Shown here: piece by piece, positions 36,383 to 45,861 of the stretch
Layout: every line of letters starts with the position of its first letter
Position numbering within the stretch: the first letter of the stretch is position 1
From: Eubacteriales bacterium
GTDB lineage: Bacteria > Bacillota > Clostridia > Oscillospirales > CAG-272
Length of the DNA stretch: 64,000 nt
Assembly (NCBI GenBank): GCA_045533775.1
Contig: JAZSIK010000055.1
Span: 18,182 to 82,181, forward strand
Reading direction: 5' to 3'
Translations under genes and position numbers: made by a program
The notes under the pieces: generated by a model
Database searches by the model: none
What the model was told of the DNA's origin: nothing
The model's input: only the letters and a program-made list of their open reading frames with translations

Positions 36383-37639
36383 TTATATTCCAAACAGTTC
36401 CTTTATTTTTTCCTTATCAATTCCCGCGCCGATCACACAGAGTCTGCCGATTATGCCTGCACTTCCCTCTCTCACATCTGCCTCACCGGGAATGTAGTCA
36501 AAGTGGATCCACTTGCCGCACTTGCACTCAACGATACCCTTGGCGCGCAGGATCATACCGTACTCGTCAGACTCGGAAAAGGCGTCAAGGATGGATCTGA
36601 TCTCCTCCTTGGTAAACTTCTTTGTGGTCTCCTCGCCAAAGGATGTAAATACCTCGTCAGCGTGGTGATGATGATGATCGTGATCCTGACATCCGCAGGT
36701 ACAGCCCTCGCCGTGCTCGTGGTGATGCTCGTGATGATGCTCGTGCTCGTGATGATGTCCACAGCCACACTCGTGGTCATCGTGATCGTGGTGATGATGC
36801 TCGCAGCCGCACTCGTGGTCATCGTGATCGTGGTGGTGTCCACAGCCGCACTCGTGGTCATCGTGATCGTGGTGGTGTCCGCAGCCGCACTCGTGGTCAT
36901 CGTGGTCGTGGTGGTGTCCGCAGCCACACTCGTGGTCATCGTGGTTGTGGTGGTGTCCGCAGCCACACTCGTGGTCATCGTGATCGTGGTGGTGATGATG
37001 ATGCTTATGCTCCTCCTCAAGTGCCTTTACAGCGTCCTCAAGGGTGTCCTTATGCTCCATTGCAGCCAGGATCTCCTTGCCACTTAGTGCATCCCAGGGG
37101 GTAGTTACGATAACTGCATCAGCATTGTGCTGACGAAGGAGAGCTACGCACTCAGCGATTCTTTCATCTCTTGCGCTCTGGGTGTGGGAAAGCACGATGG
37201 CAGAGGCGTGGGCGATCTGATCGTTATAGAACTCACCGAAGTTCTTCATATACATCTTGCACTTATTAACATCGGCAACCGTGGTAAAGCAATTAAGAGT
37301 TGCTCCGTGGTCCTCTGCGGTCCTTGCCGCGCGGATAACATCAGAGAGCTTGCCAACGCCCGAGGGCTCTATAATAATTCTGTCGGGATTGTACTCCCCA
37401 AGCACCTTGACAAGCGCCTTGGAAAAATCGCCAACCAGCGAGCAGCAGATACAGCCCGAGTTCATCTCGGTGATCTCAATACCCGCATCGGCAAGAAAGC
37501 CGCCGTCAATACCGATCTCGCCAAACTCGTTCTCTATAAGCACTACCTTTTCACCGGCATATGCCTCCTTAATAAGCTTCTTTATCAGCGTGGTCTTACC
37601 CGCACCGAGAAAGCCGGAAAATATATCAATCTTTGTCAT
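36383..37639 (-). CDS. COG0523 (CobW/ZigA/YeiR-type) metallochaperone GTPase with a repetitive His/Cys-rich insert
   Basis: GFLGAGKTT, ENEFGE, GCICCS and a CobW_C-like end. Insert contains six HDDHECGC units. Confidence 0.85.
   Translation of the reverse strand: MTKIDIFSGFLGAGKTTLIKKLIKEAYAGEKVVLIENEFGEIGIDGGFLADAGIEITEMNSGCICCSLVGDFSKALVKVLGEYNPDRIIIEPSGVGKLSDVIRAARTAEDHGATLNCFTTVADVNKCKMYMKNFGEFYNDQIAHASAIVLSHTQSARDERIAECVALLRQHNADAVIVTTPWDALSGKEILAAMEHKDTLEDAVKALEEEHKHHHHHHDHDDHECGCGHHHNHDDHECGCGHHHDHDDHECGCGHHHDHDDHECGCGHHHDHDDHECGCEHHHHDHDDHECGCGHHHEHEHHHEHHHEHGEGCTCGCQDHDHHHHHADEVFTSFGEETTKKFTKEEIRSILDAFSESDEYGMILRAKGIVECKCGKWIHFDYIPGEADVREGSAGIIGRLCVIGAGIDKEKIKELFGI
36775..37005 (-). 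repeat. 39-bp in-frame tandem repeat (six units) encoding HDDHECGCGHHH(D/N)
   Basis: Near-identical 39-bp units are readable directly, for example gtggtcatcgtgatcgtggtggtgtccacagccgcactc. Confidence 0.8.
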
Positions 37640-37916
37640 TTCATTCAGCTCCTTAATAGCAATAATTTTACAAATAATATTTTACTACAAATATTTAGAA
37701 AAGTCAAGATTGCTTTTTCCCTCTTTTGTTAATAAATATAATGCCCTGATGCTTAGCGGATAAGCTGGCTAATTGATATACCAAGAAAAGAAAGAGGTCA
37801 AAACGACCTCTTTCAATATACTACTCATTTTTTGTCACTTTTTCTTCAAAAACAAAAAAATATTTTTCTTCTAAAAGCTATTGACAGTTATAAATATATG
37901 TGTTAAAATACTATAT

Positions 37917-38137
37917 CATTAGATAGAGGCGCACTTAACGAAGAGTATCACACATAAAGAGCCGCCGAGGCTGTGTGAGAAAGGCGTTGGTGCCGAAGCG
38001 GATGCTGCGGCGGGCATCTTGGCTGGCATTACGGAGAATATCCGTGCTGCTGTCGCCTTTTGGCGAAGAGCTATCAAGCATATACCGTTTTCGGTTTTTT
38101 GTGAGGATAGCTGTGTTGCGGCTATCTTTTTTATTTT
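37917..38137 (+). promoter_or_regulatory. lysine riboswitch (L-box) with terminator expression platform
   Basis: TTGACA-17-TAAAAT promoter at 37881-37909. AGATAGAGGCGCACTTAACGAAGAGTA closely matches the B. subtilis lysC L-box 5' core. Also present: GCCGAGG, TGCCGAAG, CTGGC and GGAG elements, and a terminator ggatagc-loop-gctatc-T6 (38104-38132). Confidence 0.85.
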
Positions 38138-38166
38138 GATTACATTTCTTTCGGAGGACATATAAA

Positions 38167-39051
38167 TTGAAAAAGGCTGTATTTACAGGCGCGGCTACGG
38201 CGATAGTCACACCTCTCACCAAAGACGGAATTGACTACGAGCAGTTTGGCAGGCTCATTGAGTGGCAGATCTCCCAGGGCATTGCCGCTATTGTGGCGGT
38301 TGGTACCACAGGCGAGGGCTCTACCCTGACCGACGCCGAGCACAAGGAGGCTATAAGATTCTGCGTAGAAAAGGTTGCAGGCAGAGTGCCGGTTATAGCA
38401 GGAACAGGCTCCAACGACACCGCATATGCCATTGAGCTTACAAAATATGCCTGTGAGGTGGGTGCAGATGCTATGCTGCTGGTAACACCCTACTACAACA
38501 AGGCGACCCAGCGCGGTCTTATTGAGTCCTTCCGCGCGATTGCTGACGAGTCTACAAAGCCCTGTATACTTTACAACGTCCCCTCCCGTACAGGATGCAA
38601 CCTGCTGCCCGAGTCCGCTGCCGAGCTGGCAGATCACCCCAATATCGTGGGCATTAAGGAGGCGTCGGGCAATATTTCTCAGGTTGCAGAGCTCTGCGCC
38701 CTGGTAGCCGACAAGATCGCGGTTTATTCGGGCAACGACGACCAGATCATACCCATTCTCTCCCTGGGCGGCGTGGGTGTTATCTCGGTGCTCTCAAACA
38801 TTATGCCAAGAGAAACGCAAAAAATGTGCGAGGACTATATGAGCGGCAGAGTTGAGGATGCAAGACGGGCTCAGCTTGAGCTGTTGCCCCTTATAAACGC
38901 CCTCTTCTGCGAGGTCAACCCCATTCCCGTAAAGGCGGCGGTGGCGGCTATGGGCTACTGTGAGAACTATCTCAGACTGCCCCTCACACCTATGGAGCCT
39001 CAGCACGAGGCAGGACTGCTGGCTCTTATGAGAGAGCAAAAGCTTATCTGA
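38167..39051 (+). CDS. dapA: 4-hydroxy-tetrahydrodipicolinate synthase
   Basis: TTG start 8 nt after GGAGGA. GTTGEGSTLT and YNVPSRTG motifs. Confidence 0.93.
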   Translation: MKKAVFTGAATAIVTPLTKDGIDYEQFGRLIEWQISQGIAAIVAVGTTGEGSTLTDAEHKEAIRFCVEKVAGRVPVIAGTGSNDTAYAIELTKYACEVGADAMLLVTPYYNKATQRGLIESFRAIADESTKPCILYNVPSRTGCNLLPESAAELADHPNIVGIKEASGNISQVAELCALVADKIAVYSGNDDQIIPILSLGGVGVISVLSNIMPRETQKMCEDYMSGRVEDARRAQLELLPLINALFCEVNPIPVKAAVAAMGYCENYLRLPLTPMEPQHEAGLLALMREQKLI

Positions 39052-39070
39052 TAGAAAAGGAGTTCATTTG

Positions 39071-39847
39071 ATGAACATTTTACTTAACGGTATATGCGGA
39101 TATATGGGACGGGAGGTAGCCCGACTCTGCGAGGAGAATTACAGAGGCTGCTCGCTCGCCTTTGGCGTTGACCCAAACCCCGCGCCCGCATCTGTGGCGG
39201 TATACCCCAGCCTTGATGACGTTATCAGCACCCGCGAGGTTGACTGTATAATTGACTTTTCCCATCACTCCGTGACCCCTGCCCTGCTTGATTTTGCAAC
39301 CGAGAGGAGACTTCCCCTGGTTCTCTGCACCACGGGTCATACCGAGGGTGAGATTGAGCTTATTCACAGGGCGGCTGAGTCTATACCCCTGTTCTACTCG
39401 GGAAATATGTCGCTGGGAGTTGCTCTGCTGATTGAGATGGCAAAGAATACGGCACAGGCTCTGCCCGAGGCTGAGATTGAGATAATTGAAAAGCACCACG
39501 ACCGCAAGGTTGACGCACCCAGCGGCACCGCTCTTATGCTGGCAAACGCCATACGCGAGGTAAGACCAGAGCTGCACATTAATCCGGGCAGAAGCGGTCA
39601 GGGCAAGAGAGATAAAAAGGAGATAGGTATACACTCTATCCGCATGGGCAATATAGTTGGCGAGCACGAGGTTATTATCGGCACGCCAAGTCAGACGATC
39701 ACCCTGAAGCACGAGGCACACAACCGCGCGCTATTTGCCGAGGGGGCTCTCGCGGCAGCAGGCTTTGTATACGACAAGGCGGCGGGGCTCTACGATATGA
39801 ATAGTATGCTCTCGGGAAAGTACGGCTATATCACAGCGAAGGGATAA
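39071..39847 (+). CDS. dapB: 4-hydroxy-tetrahydrodipicolinate reductase
   Basis: EKHHDRKVDAPSGTA signature. Confidence 0.9.
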   Translation: MNILLNGICGYMGREVARLCEENYRGCSLAFGVDPNPAPASVAVYPSLDDVISTREVDCIIDFSHHSVTPALLDFATERRLPLVLCTTGHTEGEIELIHRAAESIPLFYSGNMSLGVALLIEMAKNTAQALPEAEIEIIEKHHDRKVDAPSGTALMLANAIREVRPELHINPGRSGQGKRDKKEIGIHSIRMGNIVGEHEVIIGTPSQTITLKHEAHNRALFAEGALAAAGFVYDKAAGLYDMNSMLSGKYGYITAKG

Positions 39848-39850
39848 GAT

Positions 39851-40825
39851 ATGAGAATAGGAATATACGGCTACGGCAATCTGGGTCGCGGCGTTGAGGC
39901 GGCGGCAAAATATCACGCTGATGTGACGGTGGTGGGTGTTTTCACCAGGAGAGATCCCGAGGGTGTTGTGACCGCGGGCGCACCCGTTTTTTCAGCCGAG
40001 AGGATTGACGAGTTCAAGGATAAAATTGATTGTTTGATCATCTGCGGCGGCAGCGCAACCGATCTGCCCGAGATGACTCCCCGCCTGGCGAGAGATTTTA
40101 ATGTCGTGGACAGCTTTGACACCCACGCAAAGATCGGTGAGCACTATCGGGGGGTGGATACTTCTGCTAGAGATGGCGGACATATTGCCCTTATCAGTGG
40201 CGGCTGGGATCCAGGACTTTTCTCTATAATGAGGACTTATTTTGAGGCAGTATTGCCAAATGGACAAAACTACACCTTCTGGGGCAGAGGCGTCAGCCAG
40301 GGTCACTCAGACGCTATCAGGCGCATTGACGGAGTGGTTGATGCAAGGCAGTATACCATACCCGTAGACGAGGCTATTTCTGCGGTAAGAGGCGGAGAAT
40401 GTCCCCATCTCAGCACCAGAGAAAAGCACAGACGAGACTGCTATGTGGTAGCGAGTGAGGGCGCTGACAAAGCGAGAATTGAGCGCGAGATCTGTGAGAT
40501 GCCCAACTACTTTGCCGACTATGATACCACCGTAAGCTTTGTCACCAAGGAGGAGCTGATGAAAAATCACTCAGGGCTTCCCCACGGCGGCAGCGTTATC
40601 AGAAACGGCAGAAGCGGCTTTGAGGGCGAGAATACTCACACCGCTGAGTTCAGCCTGCGCCTTGACTCCAATCCCGAGTTTACCGCCGGCGTGCTGGTTG
40701 CTTATGCAAGAGCAATACTCAGAATGTACTCCCGCGGTGACGTGGGCTGCAAGACGGTGCTTGATGTTGCCCCCGCAGATCTGTCACAGATGAGCGGCGA
40801 GGAGCTGAGAGCACAGCTATTGTAA
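39851..40825 (+). CDS. ddh: meso-diaminopimelate D-dehydrogenase
   Basis: MRIGIYGYGNLGRGVE Rossmann start, WDPGLFS, FWGRGVSQGHSDA. Confidence 0.85.
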   Translation: MRIGIYGYGNLGRGVEAAAKYHADVTVVGVFTRRDPEGVVTAGAPVFSAERIDEFKDKIDCLIICGGSATDLPEMTPRLARDFNVVDSFDTHAKIGEHYRGVDTSARDGGHIALISGGWDPGLFSIMRTYFEAVLPNGQNYTFWGRGVSQGHSDAIRRIDGVVDARQYTIPVDEAISAVRGGECPHLSTREKHRRDCYVVASEGADKARIEREICEMPNYFADYDTTVSFVTKEELMKNHSGLPHGGSVIRNGRSGFEGENTHTAEFSLRLDSNPEFTAGVLVAYARAILRMYSRGDVGCKTVLDVAPADLSQMSGEELRAQLL

Positions 40826-40971
40826 AAAAGCGAGCAGACAAAAAACAGTTGATAACTGTTTTTGTCGTAGCGAATGCGCAGAAGCAAGGAGCAATACGAA
40901 ACGAGTGTATCAAGGTGAGTAGTGCGACTATGCTTCAAGAGTTAATGCAGAATTGATCAGGAAAATATAAA

Positions 40972-42291
40972 ATGACGATTACAAAAGACAAAGAGATGAT
41001 ATGTGAAAATCTTGGGAGAAATGCTGAGGGCGAGCTTTGCTTTGCCAACATGCCTCTGTCCTCCCTTGCCTCACAGTACGGCACTCCCCTGTACCTCTAC
41101 GACGAGGAGAGGATACGCCACAACTGTCGGCTTTATCTGTCTGCGGTGCGCGAGGGCTTTGGCGAGTCTGCCAGGGTTATGTACGCGTCAAAGGCGGCAT
41201 CCTTCAAGCAGCTCTACCGCATAATCAAGGAGGAGGGACTTGGCGTTGACGTTGTGTCCTGCGGTGAGATCCACACCGCCGCCCTTGCCGACTTTCCTCT
41301 TGAGATGGCATATTTTCACTCCAACAACAAGACCGACGAGGATATTGAGTTCGCTATCTCCCAGGGCGTTGGCTGCTTTGTGGTTGACAATGTGGAGGAG
41401 CTGTTTGCCATTGACGAGATCGTGGCAAGTCATAATATAAACCAAAAGATAATGCTCCGCATTACCCCCGGTATTGACCCCCCCACCTACGCGGGTGTTG
41501 CTACGGGCAAGGTGGACTCCAAGTTTGGATCTGCCATTGAGACCGGACAGGCTAAGGAGATCACCTCGCTGGCGCTGACCTTTGAGCATCTTGAGCTTAT
41601 GGGCTTCCACTGCCATGTGGGCTCCCAGATCTTTGACGGCGAGGTATATCTTGCCACATCAAGAGTTATGCTCAGGTTTATCGCGGATATGGAGCGAGAG
41701 CTCGGCTTTATCTGTCGGGACCTGGATATTGGCGGCGGACTGGGTGTAAGATACGTGGATAGCCAGCCTACCCTTGATATAAAGAAAACCATACTCACCG
41801 TTGCAGAGGCAATGAAAAAGGAAGCGGACGCCCTCGGTATCACCCTGCCCCGTATCTCTCTTGAGCCGGGCAGATCTATCGTTGCAGATGCGGGACTGAC
41901 CCTCTATACCGTGGGTACGGTCAAGAGAATACCCGGATACAAGACCTATGTTTCTGTTGACGGCGGTATGACCGACAACCCGAGATACGCCCTCTACGGC
42001 TCGCCCTACACTATTCTGCCCGTATTTGACGGCGAGGGAGAGAGAGAAAGATGCTCTGTGGTGGGCAGATGCTGTGAGAGCGGAGATATTCTCCAAGAGG
42101 GCGTGTCGCTGAGATCTGACACCGAGAGAGGCGATCTGCTTGCCTGTCTGACCACCGGCGCATACCACTACTCTATGGCGTCAAATTATAACAGGATACC
42201 CCGTCCGCCCGTAGTAATGCTGAAGGGTGGAGAGAGCTATGTGGCGGTAAAGCGCGAGAGCCTTGCAGATATCGTGGGGCTTGATGTATAG
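40972..42291 (+). CDS. lysA: diaminopimelate decarboxylase
   Basis: YASKA PLP-lysine, HCHVGSQ, EPGRSIVA and CESGD motifs. Confidence 0.95.
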   Translation: MTITKDKEMICENLGRNAEGELCFANMPLSSLASQYGTPLYLYDEERIRHNCRLYLSAVREGFGESARVMYASKAASFKQLYRIIKEEGLGVDVVSCGEIHTAALADFPLEMAYFHSNNKTDEDIEFAISQGVGCFVVDNVEELFAIDEIVASHNINQKIMLRITPGIDPPTYAGVATGKVDSKFGSAIETGQAKEITSLALTFEHLELMGFHCHVGSQIFDGEVYLATSRVMLRFIADMERELGFICRDLDIGGGLGVRYVDSQPTLDIKKTILTVAEAMKKEADALGITLPRISLEPGRSIVADAGLTLYTVGTVKRIPGYKTYVSVDGGMTDNPRYALYGSPYTILPVFDGEGERERCSVVGRCCESGDILQEGVSLRSDTERGDLLACLTTGAYHYSMASNYNRIPRPPVVMLKGGESYVAVKRESLADIVGLDV

Positions 42292-42303
42292 TTCTCCTGC
42301 CAT

Positions 42304-42340
42304 AAAAAAACAGACCGACTTTCATCGGTCTGTCTTTTTT
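42304..42340. terminator. bidirectional intrinsic terminator
   Basis: A7-cagaccga-loop-tcggtctg-T6. Confidence 0.75.
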
Positions 42341-42341
42341 A

Positions 42342-42614
42342 TTATTTATTTGCTTCGTTAAGCTCGGTTCTGTAAATATAAAAATCTCTTACGGCATCGG
42401 GACAAACCGTACAAGCCGATCTGCCGTTGCCTCCGCAGGTTTCGCACGCAACCATTGCGTCTATATTCTCCGAGTATACTAATCCATCGCCTTCGCAGCT
42501 GTGACAGGTGACGTATCCTGTAGAGTCACAGGTATCACAGGGAGGAAACATAGGCGCAATCAGATTGACCAGCAATAATATCAGCGCCGAAAACATTGAA
42601 AATATTCTTGCCAT
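42342..42614 (-). CDS. small membrane-anchored protein with a DnaJ-type CxxCxGxG zinc-finger repeat
   Basis: N-terminal hydrophobic helix, then CDTCDSTG, CHSCEGDG, CETCGGNG, CTVC. Confidence 0.5.
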   Translation of the reverse strand: MARIFSMFSALILLLVNLIAPMFPPCDTCDSTGYVTCHSCEGDGLVYSENIDAMVACETCGGNGRSACTVCPDAVRDFYIYRTELNEANK

Positions 42615-42624
42615 ATCTATCTCC

Positions 42625-44388
42625 TTATTTATAATTTACAAGCTTGCAGAACTCCTCAATCTGTTCCTTCATTGACTCAAGGCCGGATCTCCAGAAGTTT
42701 ATATCGGTAAGGTCAATGCCGCAGACAAGAGCCGCGTCCTCAACGGTGCTGGTGCCTGTTGCACGAAGCATCTTCTTATAGGTCTCAACGAAGGGCGCCC
42801 CCTCCTCAAGATACTTTGCATAGATACCGCGTGCGAAAAGCGCGCCAAAGGCGTAGGGGTAGTTGTAGAAGGAAAGTCCGCCGCTGTAATAATGACCCTT
42901 GCAGAGCCACATATAGGGGTGGAGAGTGTTCTCGTCAAGGCCGTCGCCGTATGCCTGTCTCTGAGCGTCAAGCATAAGCTGACACATACGCTCTGCGGAG
43001 AGGAACTCGGTGGGACGGGCAGCAAATACGCTTGCCTCAAAGAGATAGCGGGAGTAAATATCCACGATAACCTGGGTAGCATCCATCAGCTGACTCTCAA
43101 TAAGCGCGAGCTTGGTATCGGGATCGGTACATTCTGCAATGGCAGTATTCATAACGAGGGTCTCGTTAAAGGTGGATGCGGTCTCTGCTACGGGCATAGA
43201 ATACTCGCGGTTGAGCGGAGAGTTCTTGAACACCTGACGGTCGTGGAAGGAGTGACCAAGCTCGTGAGCCAGAGTAACAATATCCGAGAAGGAGCCGTCA
43301 TAGTTGGTAAGCACTCTGCTCTGTCCCGCTGAATGAACGGCACAGTCAAAGGCTCCGCCTACCTTACCCTCTCTGGGGAAGAAGTCAATCCAGGAGTTGT
43401 CAAACGCCTCCTTTACCATATCGTGAAGCTCGCCGTCAAACTTGCCGAAGATGGCAAGCAGATAATCTCTCGCCTCCTCGGTGGTATACTTCTTATCGCT
43501 CTTGCCCATAGGAGCAAAGAGATCGTACCAGGGGAGTCCGCCCTCGTGACCGAGAGCATATGCCTTTGCACGAAGATATTTACGGAAGGCGGGCATATAT
43601 TCATTCATAGCCGCCAAGAGAGCGTCAAGAGTCTGCTGCTTCATAGCCGAGTTATCAAGAGCCTTGGCAAGAGGAGAGTCATAGCCGCGGCGGGCAGCCT
43701 CACCGATAACCTGAAGCTTGATGGAGTTCAGCGCGAAGGCAACCGAGGTCTCAACCTTGGGATATGCGGCAAGCTCTGCGAGAAAGGCGGTCTTACGCAC
43801 CTCGGGGTCGGCATCATACGCCAGGTTTCTCGCGGTGGAGAGGGTTATGACCTCATCCTTGTAATCTACCTTAAGCGAGCTTGTAAGGCTGGACTGCAGA
43901 TCGCTCCAGGCAGATGCGCCAGAGATATTCATCTCGCTGAACAGAGCCTCCTCGGCATCAGAGAGCAGATGCTTTGAGTTCTTGACGATGGTAAGCAGAC
44001 GGTAGGAATGTTCCTTGAGGAGAGGATTCTTATCAATAATTTCCTCAATATTTTCAATTTTTGCTATTGCCTTGTTGGTAGCGGCAGAGGGGGCGGATAT
44101 GGCAGAAAGCTTGCCCATCAGAACACCCATTGTGCTGGCAGCCTCGCTGTCGGCGGTGTTTGCGCTATAACGGAGGTTGGCGTATATAAAGAGCTTCTCC
44201 ACAAGGCTTGTCACCTTGGTCTCAAGATTGATGTATCCCACAAGAAGCTCCTCTGCCGACATAGAGTCAAGTCCTGTCGCAAAGCTTAAGACCTCGGAGA
44301 TCGCACCGTCAAGAGCCGCCATATCTGCAGCAAACTCGGGGGAGTCAAAGCCGTTATAAAGTATGGAAAGATCCCATTGCTTGTTCAT
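42625..44388 (-). CDS. pepF: oligoendopeptidase F (M3B family)
   Basis: HELGHSFH zinc motif, 587 aa. Confidence 0.9.
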   Translation of the reverse strand: MNKQWDLSILYNGFDSPEFAADMAALDGAISEVLSFATGLDSMSAEELLVGYINLETKVTSLVEKLFIYANLRYSANTADSEAASTMGVLMGKLSAISAPSAATNKAIAKIENIEEIIDKNPLLKEHSYRLLTIVKNSKHLLSDAEEALFSEMNISGASAWSDLQSSLTSSLKVDYKDEVITLSTARNLAYDADPEVRKTAFLAELAAYPKVETSVAFALNSIKLQVIGEAARRGYDSPLAKALDNSAMKQQTLDALLAAMNEYMPAFRKYLRAKAYALGHEGGLPWYDLFAPMGKSDKKYTTEEARDYLLAIFGKFDGELHDMVKEAFDNSWIDFFPREGKVGGAFDCAVHSAGQSRVLTNYDGSFSDIVTLAHELGHSFHDRQVFKNSPLNREYSMPVAETASTFNETLVMNTAIAECTDPDTKLALIESQLMDATQVIVDIYSRYLFEASVFAARPTEFLSAERMCQLMLDAQRQAYGDGLDENTLHPYMWLCKGHYYSGGLSFYNYPYAFGALFARGIYAKYLEEGAPFVETYKKMLRATGTSTVEDAALVCGIDLTDINFWRSGLESMKEQIEEFCKLVNYK

Positions 44389-44445
44389 AATAATAATTCC
44401 TTTGCTTTTTATTTGAGGCGGCCTGTGACAGACCGCCTGTTTTTT

Positions 44446-45861
44446 TTACTTTTCTACCCTCTCGGAGTTGCGCTCCTCAAGGTCGGAAACGATCTGGGCA
44501 TAAAGCTTCTCGTCAATCTTAAACTTCTTCTGATAGAGGAAGAAGCCGACAAGAATACAGATGAGAGGAAGGATCATCATAGATATCTTCATAATCCAGA
44601 TCGCGCTGCCGGGTATGGCATTGATGATCGCCTGCTCGTTTGCGGGATTATCCGCGATCTCATTTGCAATGGCGTTAAGGCCGGATATGATAAGAGTACC
44701 CGAAACCACACCCTTGCTTATCGCGCCGCCAAACTGGTTGATGAAGGGCTGAACGGCAAAGGATGCCGCCTCGTTACGCTTGCCAAGCTTCCACTCGCCG
44801 TACTCAACCGCATCCGCAAGGAAGAGGAGCATAAGCAGCTGGATAAACGCCTGTGCAAAGAACAGACCAAGGCCCGCGATAACGATAAGAGGAATAAGCT
44901 CAAAGGAGAGGAAGAAGATTATGTAGGAAACAGTAACGGCGATCATAGAGCCGGTGTAAAGCTGCTTTCTCGTAAACTTCTTTCTGAACAGGGGGAATAC
45001 CGACAGAGCGGTAAGCTGTGCAACCGCGAGAACTGCCGCGAATACCATATACATTCCCTCGTCCTTATACGCGTACTTGAAGTAGTAGGTACCAAAGCCT
45101 GTGGTGGTGCAATAGCCGATCATAAAGAGCACCATAGAAACGGCGGTGACCATAAGCTGATCGTTGCCGATAAGGGCACGCCAGAGATCCTTAAGAGAGG
45201 TGTGCTCTGCTCTCTCCAGCTGGCTTCTGTCCTCCTTAACACCGATAAGGGTGATGGACTGGAAGATCATCATAATAATTGCGACGATGATAGCAAAGCC
45301 GAAGTAGATGTCGCGGTCATTATCACCGAGGAAGGAGAACATAGAGGGCACGTTCAGGTAAATAAGAACCATAGCAAACATACCGACATTAGCGCAGATT
45401 CTCGCAAAGGCACCAACACCCTCACGAACCGTCTGATCCTTGGAGATCGCGGGCATAAGCGACCAGTACGCAATATCGTTCAGCGAGAAGAAGATGCTGA
45501 AGAGAAGGTAGGTCACAGCGAGAAGGATAATGTGCGTAGTCTCGCTCATCTCAAAGTTGTGGAACATAAGCACGGTGAGAACCGCCGTACCGATCATACC
45601 AATAAGGATCCAGGGCTTGAACTTACCCCATCTGGTCTTGGTATTATCAACGATAGCACCGACGAAGGGGTCAATGATCGCATCAAACACACCAAAGCAG
45701 GTAAGCAGGATGCCCACCGCTGCAAGACCGTCATCCGAGAAGGTAACTACATCGGTAAGATGCACGAGAAGGTACATACTTACCAGCGAATAGAGCGCAT
45801 CGCGTCCTACCGTACCCAGACCGAAGCAGATTTTGTTAAGATTAATTCTTTTCTTATCCAT
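44446..45861 (-). CDS. glycoside-pentoside-hexuronide (GPH):cation symporter
   Basis: 12-TM profile. N-terminal GLGTVGRDALYSLVSMYLLVHLT and FDAIIDPFVGAIVDNT motifs, as in MelB/GPH. Confidence 0.85.
   Translation of the reverse strand: MDKKRINLNKICFGLGTVGRDALYSLVSMYLLVHLTDVVTFSDDGLAAVGILLTCFGVFDAIIDPFVGAIVDNTKTRWGKFKPWILIGMIGTAVLTVLMFHNFEMSETTHIILLAVTYLLFSIFFSLNDIAYWSLMPAISKDQTVREGVGAFARICANVGMFAMVLIYLNVPSMFSFLGDNDRDIYFGFAIIVAIIMMIFQSITLIGVKEDRSQLERAEHTSLKDLWRALIGNDQLMVTAVSMVLFMIGYCTTTGFGTYYFKYAYKDEGMYMVFAAVLAVAQLTALSVFPLFRKKFTRKQLYTGSMIAVTVSYIIFFLSFELIPLIVIAGLGLFFAQAFIQLLMLLFLADAVEYGEWKLGKRNEAASFAVQPFINQFGGAISKGVVSGTLIISGLNAIANEIADNPANEQAIINAIPGSAIWIMKISMMILPLICILVGFFLYQKKFKIDEKLYAQIVSDLEERNSERVEK

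Noticed and set aside
36775-37005. Possible CRISPR array, given regularly spaced repeats. The same question was considered for the collagen repeat at 57582-58067.
   Set aside because: The repeats are directly tandem with no unique spacers. They are in frame within recognisable genes, and no cas genes are present.
36263-37087. Alternative-frame ORFs through the His/Cys repeat: a 274-aa plus-strand ORF and a 155-aa minus-strand ORF at 36553-37020. They encode V/M/I/T-rich repeats.
   Set aside because: They are products of reading the 39-bp repeat in other frames. The COG0523 frame is continuous with conserved N- and C-terminal domains.
37640-37790. Possible Zur/Fur-type operator in the AT-rich region upstream of the COG0523 operon (AAATATTATTTGTAAAATTATT, near a TTGACT-17-TAAAAT promoter).
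   Set aside because: It is only an imperfect palindrome in AT-rich DNA. It cannot be told apart from background without the organism's own Zur motif.
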